From Utricularia gibba (Eukaryota > Plantae > Magnoliophyta), in contig NEEC01000035.1 of NCBI GenBank assembly GCA_002189035.1, forward strand, positions 31,409-95,408: a stretch of 64,000 bases of DNA, read 5' to 3'. The notes under the pieces are model-generated. The model saw nothing but the letters and a program-made list of their open reading frames with translations, was not told the DNA's origin and made no database searches. Below, piece by piece: positions 15,101-30,500 of the stretch. Made by a program: the position numbers and the translations under genes. Numbering within the stretch: the stretch's first letter is position 1; the number at the start of each line of letters is the position of its first letter.

Positions 15101-18100
15101 GCATCCTCGGAAGATGCGAAGCTGACCGGCATTCGAAACGGTATTGACGATTTCGATCGAAATACCGAACGGTGTGCGAGGCCACCATGAGGCTGCGGGT
15201 AGGAACACACCCAGAGAGAGATCGGGTTAAAACGAGAACGGCGTCGATGTGTTCCGAGTCGCATCGTCGCGAACGTGGTGGCCAATTTGTGGCACATCTG
15301 AAGGCTAATATAAGGCGATAATTCGAGCTCTGATGCATCCTCGGACGAAGATGCTTTCAACACGGAAGCTGACCGGCACGGAAAGGGGTTCGAAACGGTA
15401 TGCCGGCGCAGCGTGACTCATCACGATTTCAGATATCGCCGAAATACCGAACGGTGTGCGAGGCCACCATGAGGCTGCGGGTAGGGACACACCCAGAGCT
15501 TGTTCAGAGATCGCTCGAAAACCCATACTTCACGTCATCCAATAAAACGCAGATCAAGCCGAAAATCACAATCGCGTCGATTCTCGTGTTCCGAATCGTC
15601 GCGAACGTGGTGGCCAATTTGTGGCACATCTGAAGGCTAATATAAGGCGATAATTCGAGCTCTGATGCATCCTCGGACGAAGATGCTTTCGAACACGGAA
15701 GCTGACCGGCACGGATTCGAAACGGTATTGACACATGAGCTCTGATGCAGGAGACGGAATTCGCCGAACGGTGTGCGAGGCCACCATGAGGCTGCGGGTA
15801 GGGACACACCCAGAGCTTGTTCAGAGATCGCCTCGAAAACCCATACTTCACGTCACCAATAAAACGCAGATGTTTTGCAAGCGAGTCGAATTCGTATGCC
15901 GCGAACGTAAGTGCACATCTGAAGGCAATATAAGGCGATAATTCGAGCTCTGATGCATCCTCGGACGAAGATGCTTTCAACACGGAAGCTGACCGGCACG
16001 GAAAGGGGTTCGAAACGGTATGCCGGGCGCAACTCATCGATTTTCAGATATCGCCCGAACGGTGTGCGAGGCCACCATGAGGCTGCGGGTAGGACTAGAG
16101 CTTGTTCAGAGATCGCCTCGAAAACCCATACTTCACGTCACCCAATAAAACGCAGATGTTTTGCAAGCCGAAAATCACAATCGATTCTCGTGTTCCGAGA
16201 TCGTCGCGAACGTGGTGGCCAATTTGTGGCACATCTGAAGGCTAATATAAGGCGATAATTCGAGCTCTGATGCATCCTCGGACGAAGATGCTTTCAACAC
16301 GGAAGCTGACCGGCACGGAAAGGGTTCGAAACGGTATGCCGGCGCAGCGTGACTCATCGATCTTCAAGATATCGACGAGATGCCGAACGGTGTGCGAGGC
16401 CACCATGAGGCTGCGGAGGAACACACCTAGAGCTTGTTCAGAGATCGCCTCGAAAACCCATACTTCACGTCGACCCAATAAAACGCAGATGTTTTGCAAG
16501 CGAAAATCACAATCGCGTCGATTCTCGTTCTCGTGTCCGAGTCGCATCGTCGAACGTGGTGGCCAATTTGTGGCACATCTGAAGGCTAATATAAGGCGAT
16601 AATTCGAGCTCTGATGCATCCTCGGACGAAGATGCTTTCAACACGGAAGCTGACCGGCACGGAAAGGGCGAAACGGTATGCCGAGCGCAGCGTGACTCAT
16701 CAGGTTTTCAGGATATCGAAATACCGAACGGTGTGCGAGGCCACCATGAGGCTGCGGGTAGGACACACCCAGAGCTTGTTCAGAGATCGCTCGAAAACCC
16801 ATACTTCACGTCATCCAATAAAACGCAGATCCAAGCCGAAAATCGCGTCGATTCTCGTGTTCCGCATCGTCGCGAACGTGGTGGCCAATTTGTGGCACAT
16901 CTGAAGGCTAATATAAGGCGATAATTCGAGCTCTGATGCATCCTCGGACGAAGATGCTTTCAACACGGAAGCTGACCGGCACGGAAAGGGGTTCGAAACG
17001 GTATGCCGGCGCAGCGTGACTCATCATTTTCAAGATATCGACGAATGCCGAACGGTGTGCGAGGCCACCATGAGGCTGCGGGTAGGACACACCCAGAGCT
17101 TGTTCAGAGATCGCATCGAAAACCCATACTTCACGTCACCCAATAAAACGCAGATCAAGGCGAAAATCGCGTCGAGTGTTCCGAGTCGCATCGTCGCGAA
17201 CGTGGTGGCCAATTTGTGGCACATCTGAAGGCTAAATAAGGCGATAATTCGAGCTCTGATGCATCCTCGGACGAAGATGCTTTCAACACGGAAGCTGACC
17301 GGCACGGAAAGGGTTCGAAACGGTATGCCGGCGCAGCGTGACTCATCACGAGGATATCGAAATACGAACGGTGTGCGAGGCCACCATCTGCGGGCTAGGC
17401 GAGAGCTTGTTCAGCGCTCGAAAACCCATACTTCACGTCATCCAATAAAACGCAGATAAGCGAAAATCACAATCGCGTCGATTCTCGTGTTCCGAAACCG
17501 GCATCGTCGCGAACGTGGTGGCCAATTTGTGGCACATCTGAAGGCTAATATAAGGCGATAATTCGAGCTCTGATGCATCCTCGGACGAAGATGCTTTCAA
17601 CACGGAAGCTGACCGGCACGGAAAGGGGTTCGAAACGGTATGCCGGGCGCAGCGTGACTCATCGATCTTCAAGATATCGACGAATCCGAACGGTGTGCGA
17701 GGCCACCATGAGGCTGCGGGTAGGACACACCAGAGCTTGTTCAGAGATCGCCTCGAAAACCCATACTTCACGTCACCCAATAAAACGCAGCCGAAAATCA
17801 CAATCGCGTCGATTCTCGTGTTCCGAGTCGCATCGTCGCGAACGTGGTGGCCAATACATCTGAAGGCTAATATAAGGCGATAATTCGAGCTCTGATGCAT
17901 CCTCGGACGAAGATGCTTTCAACACGGAAGCTGACCGGCACGGAAAGGGGTTCGAAACGGTATGCCGGGCGCAGCGTGACTCATCACGCAAGTATCGACT
18001 GCCGAACGGTCGAGGCTGAGGCTGCGAAGAGCTAGAGATCGCCTCGAAAACCCATACTTCACGTCACCCAATAAAACGTGTTTTGCAAGGCGAAAATCAC

Positions 18101-21100
18101 AATCGCGTCGATTCTCGTGTTCCGAGTCGCATCGAACCCAATGAGGGCTAAGCGATAATTCGAGCTCTGATGCATCCTCGGACGAAGATGCTTTCAACAC
18201 GGAAGCTGACCGGCACGGAAAGGGGTTCGTATGAGAGATATCGCCGAACGGTCGAGGCCAATGAGGCTGCCATAGAGATCTTCACGTCACCAATAAAACG
18301 CAGATGTTTTGCAAGGCGAAAATCACAATCGCGTCGATTCTCGAGTCGCATCGTTGGTGGCACACATCTGAAAAATATAAGAATAACGTGCGAAGCTGAC
18401 TCGATCGTGACGATATCGAACGAACATGCTTTTGTTCAACGGGTGAAGCAAGCTGATACGGTCGAAAATTTGTGGGAAGGCTAAGGCGATAATTCGAGCT
18501 CTGATGCATCCTCGGACGAAGATGCTTTCAACACGGAAGCTGACCGGCACGGAAAGGGTTCGAAACGGTATGCCGGCGCAGCAGGTTGTTCTGCAGGATA
18601 TCGCCTCGAAATACTTGATCCACGCACAAGATGCGTCGAACGATGGTGGCCGAGGGCGGCGATAGAGGATGCAGGACCGGAAGCTGAGGCTGCGGGCCAG
18701 AGGGACGACCGAAAGACCATGAGGCTTATTCAGAGATCGCCGAAAACCCATACTTCACGTCACCCAATAAAACGCAGATGTTTTGCAAGGAACGCGAAAA
18801 TCACAATCGAAGGCGTCGATTCTCGTGTTCCGAGTCGCATCGTCGCGAACGTGGTGGCCAATTTGTGGCACATCTGAAGGCATAATAATAAGAAGCGATA
18901 ATTCGAGCTCTGATGCATCCTCGGACGAAGATGCTTTCAACACGGAAGCTGACCGGCACGGAAAGGGTTCGAAACGGTATGGGCGCAGCGTGACTCATCA
19001 CTTCAGATATCGCCGACGGTGTGCGAGGCCACCATGAGGCTGCGGGTAGGACACACCCAGAGCTTGTTCAGAGATCGCTCGAAAACCCATACTTCACGTC
19101 ATCCAATAAAACGCAGATCTTTTGCAAGCCGAAAATCACAATCGCGTCGATTCTCGTGTTCCGAGTCGCATCGTCGCGAACGTGGTGGCCAATTTGTGGC
19201 ACATCTGAAGGCTAATATAAGGCGATAATTCGAGCTCTGATGCATCCTCGGACGAAGATGCTTTCAACACGGAAGCTGACCGGCACGGAAGGGCTTCGAA
19301 ACGGTATGCCGGGCGCAGCGTGACTCATCTTGATCTTCAGATATCGACGAGATGCCGAACGGTGTGCGAGGCCACCATGAGGCTGCGGGTAGGACACACC
19401 CAGAGCTTGTTCAGAGATCGCCTCGAAAACCCATACTTCACGTCACCCAATAAAACGCAGATGTTTTGCAAGCGAAAATCACAATCGCGTCGATTCTCGT
19501 GTTCCGATGCATCGTCGCGAACGTGGTGGCCAATTTGTGGCACATCTGAAGGCTAATATAAGGCGATAATTCGAGCTCTGATGCATCCTCGGACGAAGAT
19601 GCTTTCAACACGGAAGCTGACCGGCACGGAAAGGGGTTCGAAACGGTATGCCGGCGCAGCGTGACTCATCATTTCAAGATATCGAAATGCCGAACGGTGT
19701 GCGAGGCCACCATGAGGCTGCGGGTAGGACGCGAACGTGGTGGCCAATTCATGGCACATCTGAAGAAGCTAATATAAGGCGATAATTCGAGCTCTGATGC
19801 ATCCTCGGACGAAGATGCTTTCAACACGGAAGCTGACCGGCACGGAAAGGGGTTCGAAACGGTATGCCGAGCGCAGCGTGACTCTGATCCGAGCTCTGAT
19901 GCATCCTTATTTCAATAAAGCTGATGCGAGGCCACCATGAGGCTGCGGGTAGGGACACACCCAGAGCTTGTTCAGAGAAAAACGGTATTTCGGATCAATG
20001 AAACATCTGAAAATCACGAATTCACGAAGATATTCGACCGTGACGCGTCGAACGAGGCCACCATGAGGCTGCGGGTAGGGACACACCCAGAGCTTGTTCA
20101 GAGATCGCTCGAAAACCCATACTTCACGTCATCCAATAAAACGCAGATCGCAATTTGATGTGGCGCATCGTCGAAAATTTGTGGCACATCTGAAGGCTAA
20201 TATAAGGCGATAATTCGAGCTCTGATGCATCCTCGGACGAAGATGCTTTCAACACGGAAGCTGACCGGCACGGAAAGGGGTTCGAAACGGTATGCCGGCG
20301 CAGCGTGACTCATCTTGATCTTCAAGATATCGACGAGATGCCGAACGGTGTGCGAGGCCACCATGAGGCTGCGGGTAGGGACACGCCTCGAAAACCCAGA
20401 GCTTGTTCAGAGATCGCGTCGAAAACCCGATCTGACATTCACGTCATCCAATAAAATGCCGCAGACTCATTTGCAAGCCGAAGATCACAATCGCGTCGAG
20501 TCGTGTTCCGAAACTCATCGTCGCGAACGTGGTGGCCAATTTGTGGCACATCTGAAGGCTAATATAAGGCGATAATTCGAGCTCTGATGCATCCTCGGAC
20601 GAAGATGCTTTCAACACGGAAGCTGACCGGCACGGAAAGGGGTTCGAAACGGTATGCCGGGCGCAGCGTGACTCATCTGATCTTCAAGATATCGACGAGA
20701 CGCCTGCGTGATAGGCCGTCGCGACCAATTTGAGAAGCTGCGGAGTAGCATCCTCGGACGAAGATGCTTTCAACACGGAAGCTGACCGGCACGGAAAGGG
20801 TTCTTGTTCAGAGATATCGCCGAACGGCGAACCCATACTTCACGTCATCCAATAAAACGCAGATCTTTTGCAAGCCGAAAATCACAATCGCGTCGATTCT
20901 CGTGTTCCGAGATCGCGCGAAAATCACATCTGAAGGCCGCGTCTGATGCATCCTCGGCTGCTTTCAATTTCGTCGCAGAGATGGTTATGAAGTAGAGATT
21001 CGAAAACCCATACTTCACGTCACCAATAAAACGCAGATGTTTTGCATCACAATCGATAAGTCGCGATAATTTCAATCTGACGGCGATCGAGCTGATGCAT

Positions 21101-21500
21101 CCTCGGACGAAGATGCTTTCAACACGGAAGCTGACCGGCACGGAAAGGGTTCGAAACGGTATGCCGGCGCAGCGTGACTCATCTTGATATTGCCGAACGA
21201 TGATATTGGACGCCTCGAAAACGGTGCTCACAATATAGTCGCATCGTCGCGATAATTCGAAGCTAGGCGATGAGCATGCATCCTCGGACGAAGATGCTTT
21301 CAACACGGAAGCTGACCGGCACGGAAAGGGGTTCGAAACGGTATGCCGGCGCAGCGTGACTCATCACGGTTTTCAGGATATCGAAATACCGAACGGTGTG
21401 CGAGGCCACCATGAGGCTGCGGGTAGGGACACACCCAGAGCTTGTTCAGAGATCGCCTCGAAAACCCATACTTCACGTCATAAAACGCAATAAAAAATCG
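1..21500. other. Degenerate/scrambled portion of the array (possible low-quality consensus)
   Basis: Monomers are truncated, shuffled and deletion-rich, but the sequence is still built from monomer fragments in the same orientation. Confidence 0.7.
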
Positions 21501-24500
21501 CGTCGAGATCTTTGGTGCAAGCACATCTGAAAATATAAGGCGATAATTCGAGCTCTGATGCATCCTCGGACGAAGATGCTTTCAACACGGAAGCTGACCG
21601 GCACGGAAAGGGTTCGAAACGGTATGCCGGGCGCAGCGTGACTCATCCGATATCGACGAATCCGAACGGTGTGCGAGGCCACCATGAGGCTGCGGGTAGG
21701 ACACACCAGAGCTTGTTCAGAGATCGCCTCGAAAACCCATACTTCACGTCACCCAATAAAACGCAGATTTTTGCAAGGCGAAAATCACAATCGCGTCGAT
21801 TCTCGTGTTCCGAGTCGCATCGTCGCGAACGTGGTGGCCAATTTGTGGCACATCTGAAGGCTAATATAAGGCGATAATTCGAGCTCTGATGCATCCTCGG
21901 ACGAAGATGCTTTCAACACGGAAGCTGACCGGCACGGAAAGGGGTTCGAAACGGTATGCCGGCGCAGCGTGACTCATCATTTCAAGATATCGTACCGAAC
22001 GGTGTGCGAGGCCACCATGAGGCTGCGGGTAGGGACACACCCAGAGCTTGTTCAGAGATCGCCTCGAAAACCCATACTTCACGTCATCCAATAAAACGCA
22101 GATCTTTTGCAAGCGAAAATCACAATCGCGTCGATTCTCGTGTTCCGAGTCGCATCGTCGCGAACGTGGTGGCCAATTTGTGGCACATCTGAAGGCTAAT
22201 ATAAGGCGATAATTCGAGCTCTGATGCATCCTCGGACGAAGATGCTTTCAACACGGAAGCTGACCGGCACGGAAAGGGGTTCGAAACGGTATGCCGGGCG
22301 CAGCGTGACTCATCATTTCAAGATATCGACGAATACCGAACGGTGTGCGAGGCCACCATGAGGCTGCGGGTAGGGACACACCCAGAGCTTGTTCAGAGAT
22401 CGCTCGAAAACCCATACTTCACGTCATCCAATAAAACGCAGATCTTTTGCAAGCCGAAAATCACAATCGCGTCGATTCTCGTGTTCCGAAACTCATCGTC
22501 GCGAACGTGGTGGCCAATTTGTGGCACATCTGAAGGCTAATATAAGGCGATAATTCGAGCTCTGATGCATCCTCGGACGAAGATGCTTTCAACACGGAAG
22601 CTGACCGGCACGGAAAGGGTTCGAAACGGTATGCCGGGCGCAGCGTGACTCATCTTGATCTTCAAGATATCGACGAGATGCCGAACGGTGTGCGAGGCCA
22701 CCATGAGGCTGCGGGTAGGAACACACCAGAGCTTGTTCAGAGATCGCCTCGAAAACCCATACTTCACGTCACCCAATAAAACAGATGTTTTGCAAGCGAA
22801 AATCACAATCGCGTCGATTCTCGTGTTCCGAATCGTCGCGAACGTGGTGGCCAATTTGTGGCACATCTGAAGGCTAAATAAACGGTAAGCGTGAATTGAG
22901 GCACATGCATCTCTCGAAGGTATGAGAACGATGCCAATTTGTGGCACATCGGACGATAATTCGAGCTCTGATGCATCCTCGGACGAAGATTCAACACGGA
23001 AGCTGACCGGCACGGAAGGGCTTCGAAACGGTATGCGCGGCGTGACTCATCTTGATCTTCAAGATATCGACGAGATGCCGAACGGTGTGCGAGGCCACCA
23101 TGAGGCTGCGGTAGGGACACACCAGAGCTTGTTCAGAGATTCAAGATATATGCCGGATGCCGAACGTGACGAGGCCACGATCTGATGCAGGATGCGGGTA
23201 GGACGACATGCCGAGACGCTTGTTCAGAGATGCGAGGCGAACCATGAGGCTGCGGGTAGGACACACTAGAGCTTGTTCAGAGATCGCCTCGAAAACCCAT
23301 ACTTCACGTCACCAATAAAACGCAGATGTTTTGCAAGGCGAAAATCACAATCGCGTCGATTCTGTGTTCCGAGTCGCATCGTCGCGAACGTGGTGGCCAA
23401 TTTGTGGCACATCTGAAGGCTAATATAAGGCGATAATTCGAGCTCTGATGCATCCTCGGACGAAGATGCTTTCAACACGGAAGCTGACCGGCACGGAAAG
23501 GGTTCGAAACGGTATGCCGGCGCAGCGTGACTCATCTTGATTTCAAGATATCGCCGATGCCGAACGGTGTGCGAGGCCACCATGAGGCTGCGGGTAGGAC
23601 ACACCCAGAGCTTGTTCAGAGATCGCTCGAAAACCCATACTTCACGTCACCCAATAAAACGCAGATTTTGCAAGCGAAAATCACAATCGCGTCGATTCTC
23701 GTGTTCCGAGTCGCATCGTCGCGAACGTGGTGGCCAATTTGTGGCACATCTGAAGGCTATATAAGGCGATAATTCGAGCTCTGATGCATCCTCGGACGAA
23801 GATGCTTTCAACACGGAAGCTGACCGGCACGGAAACGGCTTCGAAACGGTATGCCGGGCGCAGCGTGACTCATCTTGATCTTCAAGATATCGACGAGATG
23901 CCGAACGGTGTGCGAGGCCACCATGAGGCTGCGGGTAGGAACACACCAGAGCTTGTTCAGAGATCGCCTCGAAAACCCATACTTCACGTCACCCAATAAA
24001 ACGCAGATGTTTTGCAAGCCGAAAATCACAATCGCGTCGATTCTCGTGTTCCGAGTCGCATCGTCGCGAACGTGGTGGCCAATTGTGGCACATCTGAAGG
24101 CTAAGATAAGGCGATAATTCGAGCTCTGATGCATCCTCGGACGAAGAAGCTTTCAACACGGAAGATGACCGGCTCGGAACGGGCTTCGAAACGAGATGCC
24201 GGGCGCAGCGTGAATCATCATGATCTTCAAGATATCGACGAATGCCGAACGGTGTGCGAGGCCACCATGAGGCTGCGGGTAGGAACACACCTAGAGCTTG
24301 TTCAGAGATCGCCTCGAAAACCCATACTTCACGTCACCCAATAAAACCCATACTTCACGTCATCCAATAAAACGCAGATCTTTTGCAAGCCGAAAATCAC
24401 AATCGCGTCGATTCTCGTGTTCCGAAACTCATCGTCGCGAACGTGGTGGCCAAAGTGGCACATCTGAAGGCTAATATAAGGCGATAATTCGAGCTCTGAT

Positions 24501-27500
24501 GCATCCTCGGACGAAGATGCTTTTTCAACACGGAAGCTGACCGGCACGGAAGGGTTCGAAACGGTATGCCGGGCGCAGCGTGACTCATCTTGATCTTCAA
24601 GATATCGAGATGCCGAACGGTGTGCGAGGCCACCATGAGGCTGCGGGTAGGAACACACCAGAGCTTGTTCAGAGATCGCTCGAAAACCCATACTTCACGT
24701 CACCCAATAAAACGCAGATGTTTTGCAAGAAAATCACAATCGCGTCGATTCTCGTGTTCCGAGTCGCATCGTCGCGAACGTGGTGGCCAATTTTGGCACA
24801 TCTGAAGGCTAATATAAGGCGATAATTCGAGCTCTGATGCATCCTCGGACGAAGATGCTTTCAACACGGAAGCTGACCGCACGGAAAGGGGTTCGAAACG
24901 TATGCCGGCGCAGCGTGACTCATCACTTTTTCAGATATCGCCGAAATACCGAACGGTGTGCGAGGCCACCATGAGGCTGCGGGTAGGGACACACCCAGAG
25001 CTTGTTCAGAGATCGCCTCGAAAACCCATACTTCACGTCATCCAATAAAACGCAGATGTTTTGCAAGCGAAAATCACAATCGCGTCGATTCTCGTGTTCC
25101 GAAACGCATCGTCGCGAACGTGGTGGCCAATTTGTGGCACATCTGAAGGCTAATATAAGGCGATAATTCGAGCTGATGCATCCTCGGACGAAGATGCTTT
25201 CAACACGGAAGCTGACCGGCACGGAAAGGGTTCGAAACGGTATGCCGGCGCAGCGTGACTCATCTTGATCTTCAAGATATCGACGAGATGCCGAACGGTG
25301 TGCGAGGCCACCATGAGGCTGCGGGTAGGAACACACCTAGAGCTTGTTCAGAGATCGCTCGAAAACCCATACTTCACGTCACCCAATAAAACGCAGATGT
25401 TTTGCAAGGCGAAAATCACAATCGCGTCGATTCTCGTGTTCCGAGTCGCATCGTGCGTGGTGGCCAATTTGTGGCACATCTGAAGGCTAATATAAGGCGA
25501 TAATTCGAGCTCTGATGCATCCTCGGACGAAGATGCTTTCAACACGGAAGCTGACCGGCACGGAAAGGGTTCGAAACGGTATGCCGGGCGCAGCGTGACT
25601 CATCTTGATCTTCAAGATATCGACGAGATGCCGAACGGTGTGCGAGGCCACCATGAGGCTGCGGGTAGGACACACCAGAGCTTGTTCAGAGATCGCCTCG
25701 AAAACCCATACTTCACGTCACCCAATAAAACGCAGATGTTTGCAAGGCGAAAATCACAATCGCGTCGATTCTCGTGTTCCGAGTCGCATCGTCGCGAACG
25801 TGGTGGCCAATTTGTGGCACATCTGAAGGCTAATATAAGGCGATAATTCGAGCTCTGATGCATCCTCGGACGAAGATGCTTTCAACACGGAAGCTGACCG
25901 GCACGGAAGGGTTCGAAACGGTATGCCGGGCGCAGCGTGACTCATCTTGATTTCAAGATATCGCCGAAATGCCGAACGGTGTGCGAGGCCACCATGAGGC
26001 TGCGGGTAGGGACACACCCAGAGCTTGTTCAGAGATCGCTCGAAAACCCATACTTCACGTCATCCAATAAAACGCAGATGTTTTGCAAGGCGAAAATCAC
26101 AATCGCGTCGATTCTCGTGTTCCGAGTCGCATCGTCGCGAACGTGGTGGCCAATTTGTGGCACATCTGAAGGCTAATATAAGGCGATAATTCGAGCTCTG
26201 ATGCATCCTCGGACGAAGATGCTTTCAACACGGAAGCTGACCGGCACGGAAAGGGGTTCGAAACGGTATGCCGCGCAGCGTGACTCATCACGGTTTTCAG
26301 GATATCGCCGAAATACCGAACGGTGTGCGAGGCCACCATGAGGCTGCGGGTAGGGAACACCCAGAGCTTGTTCAGAGATCGCTCGAAAACCCATACTTCA
26401 CGTCATCCAATAAAACGCAGATCTTTTGCAAGCCGAAAATCACAATCGCGTCGATTCTCGTGTTCCGAAACTCATCGTCGCGAACGTGGTGGCCAATTTG
26501 TGGCACATCTGAAGGCTAATATAAGGCGATAATTCGAGCTCTGATGCATCCTCGGACGAAGATGCTTTCAACACGGAAGCTGACCGGCACGGAAAGGGGT
26601 TCGAAACGGTATGCCCGGCGCAGCGTGACTCATCTTGATCTTCAAGATATCGACGAGATGCCGAACGGTGTGCGAGGCCACCATGAGGCTGCGGGTAGGA
26701 ACACACCAGAGCTTGTTCAGAGATCGCCTCGAAAACCCATACTTCACGTCACCCAATAAAACGCAGATTTTTGCAAGGCGAAAATCACAATCGCGTCGAT
26801 TCTCGTGTTCCGAGTCGCATCGTCGCGAACGTGGTGGCCAATTTGTGGCACATCTGAAGGCTAATATAAGGCGATAATTCGAGCTCTGATGCATCCTCGG
26901 ACGAAGATGCTTTCAACACGGAAGCTGACCGGCACGGAAAGGGGTTCGAAACGGTATGCCGGGCGCAGCGTGACTCATCTTGATCTTCAAGATATCGACG
27001 AGATGCCGAACGGTGTGCGAGGCCACCATGAGGCTGCGGGTAGGACACACCAGAGCTTGTTCAGAGATCGCCTCGAAAACCCATACTTCACGTCACCCAA
27101 TAAAACGCAGATGTTTTGCAAGGCGAAAATCACAATCGCGTCGATTCTCGTGTTCCGAGTCGCATCGTCGCGAACGTGGTGGCCAATTTGTGGCACATCT
27201 GAAGGCTAATATAAGGCGATAATTCGAGCTCTGATGCATCCTCGGACGAAGATGCTTTCAACACGGAAGCTGACCGGCACGGAAAGGGTTCGAAACGGTA
27301 TGCCGGCGCAGCGTGACTCATCATTTCAGATATCGCCGAATACCGAACGGTGTGCGAGGCCACCCGGCTGCGGGTAGGGACACACCCAGAGCTTGTTCAG
27401 AGATCGCCTCGAAAACCCATACTTCACGTCACCCAATAAAACGCAGATGTTTTGCAAGCGAAAATCACAATCGCGTCGATTCTCGTGTTCCGAACGCATC

Positions 27501-30500
27501 GTCGCGAACGTGGTGGCCAATTTGTGGCACATCTGAAGGCTAATATAAGGCGATAATTCGAGCTCTGATGCATCCTCGGACGAAGATGCTTTCAACACGG
27601 AAGCTGACCGGCACGGAAAGGGGTTCGAAACGGTATGCCGGCGCAGTGACTCATCTTGATCTTCAAGATATCGACGAGATGCCGAACGGTGTGCGAGGCC
27701 ACCATGAGGCTGCGGGTAGGGACACACCCAGAGCTTGTTCAGAGATCGCCTCGAAAACCCATACTTCACGTCACCCAATAAAACGCAGATGTTTTGCAAG
27801 CGAAAATCACAATCGCGTCGATTCTCGTGTTCCGAGTCGCATCGTCGCGAACGTGGTGGCCAATTTGTGGCACATCTGAAGGCTAATATAAGGCGATAAT
27901 TCGAGCTCTGATGCATCCTCGGACGAAGATGCTTTCAACACGGAAGCTGACCGGCACGGAAAGGGGTTCGAAACGGTATGCCGGCGCAGCGTGACTCATC
28001 TTGATCTTCAAGATATCGACGAATGCCGAACGGTGTGCGAGGCCACCATGAGGCTGCGGGTAGGAACACACCAGAGCTTGTTCAGAGATCGCCTCGAAAA
28101 CCCATACTTCACGTCACCAATAAAACGCAGATGTTTTGCAAGGCGAAAATCACAATCGCGTCGATTCTCGTGTTCCGAGTCGCATCGTCGCGAACGTGGT
28201 GGCCAATTTGTGGCACATCTGAAGGCTAATATAAGGCGATAATTCGAGCTCTGATGCATCCTCGGACGAAGATGCTTTCAACACGGAAGCTGACCGGCAC
28301 GGAAAGGGGTTCGAAACGGTATGCCCGGCGCAGCGTGACTCATCTTGATTTCAAGATATCGACGAGATGCCGAACGGTGTGCGAGGCCACCATGAGGCTG
28401 CGGGTAGGACACACCAGAGCTTGTTCAGAGATCGCTCGAAAACCCACTTCACGTCACCCAATAAAACGCAGATGTTTTGCAAGCGAAAATCACAATCGCG
28501 TCGATTCTCGTGTTCCGAGTCGCATCGTCGCGAACGTGGTGGCCAATTTGTGGCACATCTGAAGGCTAATATAAGGCGATAATTCGAGCTCTGATGCATC
28601 CTCGGACGAAGATGCTTTCAACACGGAAGCTGACCGGCACGGAAAGGGGTTCGAAACGGTATGCCGGGCGCAGCGTGACTCATCTTGATCTTCAAGATAT
28701 CGACGAGATGCCGAACGTGTGCGAGGCCACCATGAGGCTGCGGGTAGGACACACCCAGAGCTTGTTCAGAGATCGCTCGAAAACCCATACTTCACGTCAC
28801 CCAATAAAACGCAGATCTTTTGCAAGCGAAAATCACAATCGCGTCGATTCTCGTGTTCCGAAGTCATCGTCGCGAACGTGGGCCAATTTGTGGCACATCT
28901 GAAGGCTAATATAGGCGATAATTCGAGCTCTGATGCATCCTCGGACGAAGATGCTTTCAACACGGAAGCTGACCGGCACGGAAAGGGTTCGAAACGGTAT
29001 GCCGGCGCAGCGTGACTCATCTTGATTTCAAGATATCGACGATGCCGAACGGTGTGCGAGGCCACCATGAGGCTGCGGGTAGGAACACACCAGAGCTTGT
29101 TCAGAGATCGCCTCGAAAACCCATACTTCACGTCACCCAATAAAACGCAGATGTTTTGCAAGCGAAAATCACAATCGCGTCGATTCTCGTGTTCCGAGTC
29201 GCATCGTCGCGAACGTGGTGGCCAATTTGTGGCACATCTGAAGGCTAATATAAGGCGATAATTCGAGCTCTGATGCATCCTCGGACGAAGATGCTTTCAA
29301 CACGGAAGCTGACCGGCACGGAAAGGGGTTCGAAACGGTATGCCGGGCGCAGCGTGACTCATCGTTTTCAAGATATCCGAGATGCCGAACGGTGTGCGAG
29401 GCCACCATGAGGCTGCGGGTAGGGACACACCCAGAGCTTGTTCAGAGATCGCTCGAAAACCCATACTTCACGTCATCCAATAAAACGCAGATCTTTTGCA
29501 AGCCGAAATCACAATCGCGTCGATTCTCGTGTTCCGAACTCATCGTCGCGAACGTGGTGGCCAATTTGTGGCACATCTGAAGGCTAATATAAGGCGATAA
29601 TTCGAGCTCTGATGCATCCTCGGACGAAGATGCTTTCAACACGGAAGCTGACCGGCACGGAAAGGGGTTCGAAACGGTATGCCGGGCGCAGCGTGACTCA
29701 TCTTGATTTCAAGATATCGCGAATGCCGAACGTGTGCGAGGCCACCATGAGGCTGCGGGTAGGGAACACACCAGAGCTTGTTCAGAGATCGCCTCGAAAA
29801 CCCATACTTCACGTCACCAATAAAACGCAGATGTTTTGCAAGGCGAAAATCACAATCGCGTCGATTCTCGTGTTCCGAGTCGCATCGTCGCGAACGTGGT
29901 GGCCAATTTGTGGCACATCTGAAGGCTAATATAAGGCGATAATTCGAGCTCTGATGCATCCTCGGACGAAGATGCTTTCAACACGGAAGCTGACCGGCAC
30001 GGAAGGGTTCGAAACGGTATGCCGGCGCAGCGTGACTCATCTTGATTTTCAGATATCGAGATGCCGAACGGTGTGCGAGGCCACCATGAGGCTGCGGGTA
30101 GGGACACACCCAGAGCTTGTTCAGAGATCGCCTCGAAAACCCATACTTCACGTCACCAATAAAACGCAGATTTTGCAAGGCGAAAATCACAATCGCGTCG
30201 ATTCTCGTGTTCCGAGTCGCATCGTCGCGAACGTGGTGGTGCCAATTTGTGGCACATCTGAAGGCTAAATAAGGCGATAATTCGAGCTCTGATGCATCCT
30301 CGGACGAAGATGCTTTCAACACGGAAGCTGACCGGCACGGAAAGGGGTTCGAAACGGTATGCCGGCGCAGCGTGACTCATCACGGTTTTCAGGATATCAC
30401 GAAATACCGAACGGTGTGCGAGGCCACCATGAGGCTGCGGGTAGGGACACACCCAGAGCTTGTTCAGAGATCGCCTCGAAAACCCATACTTCACGTCACC

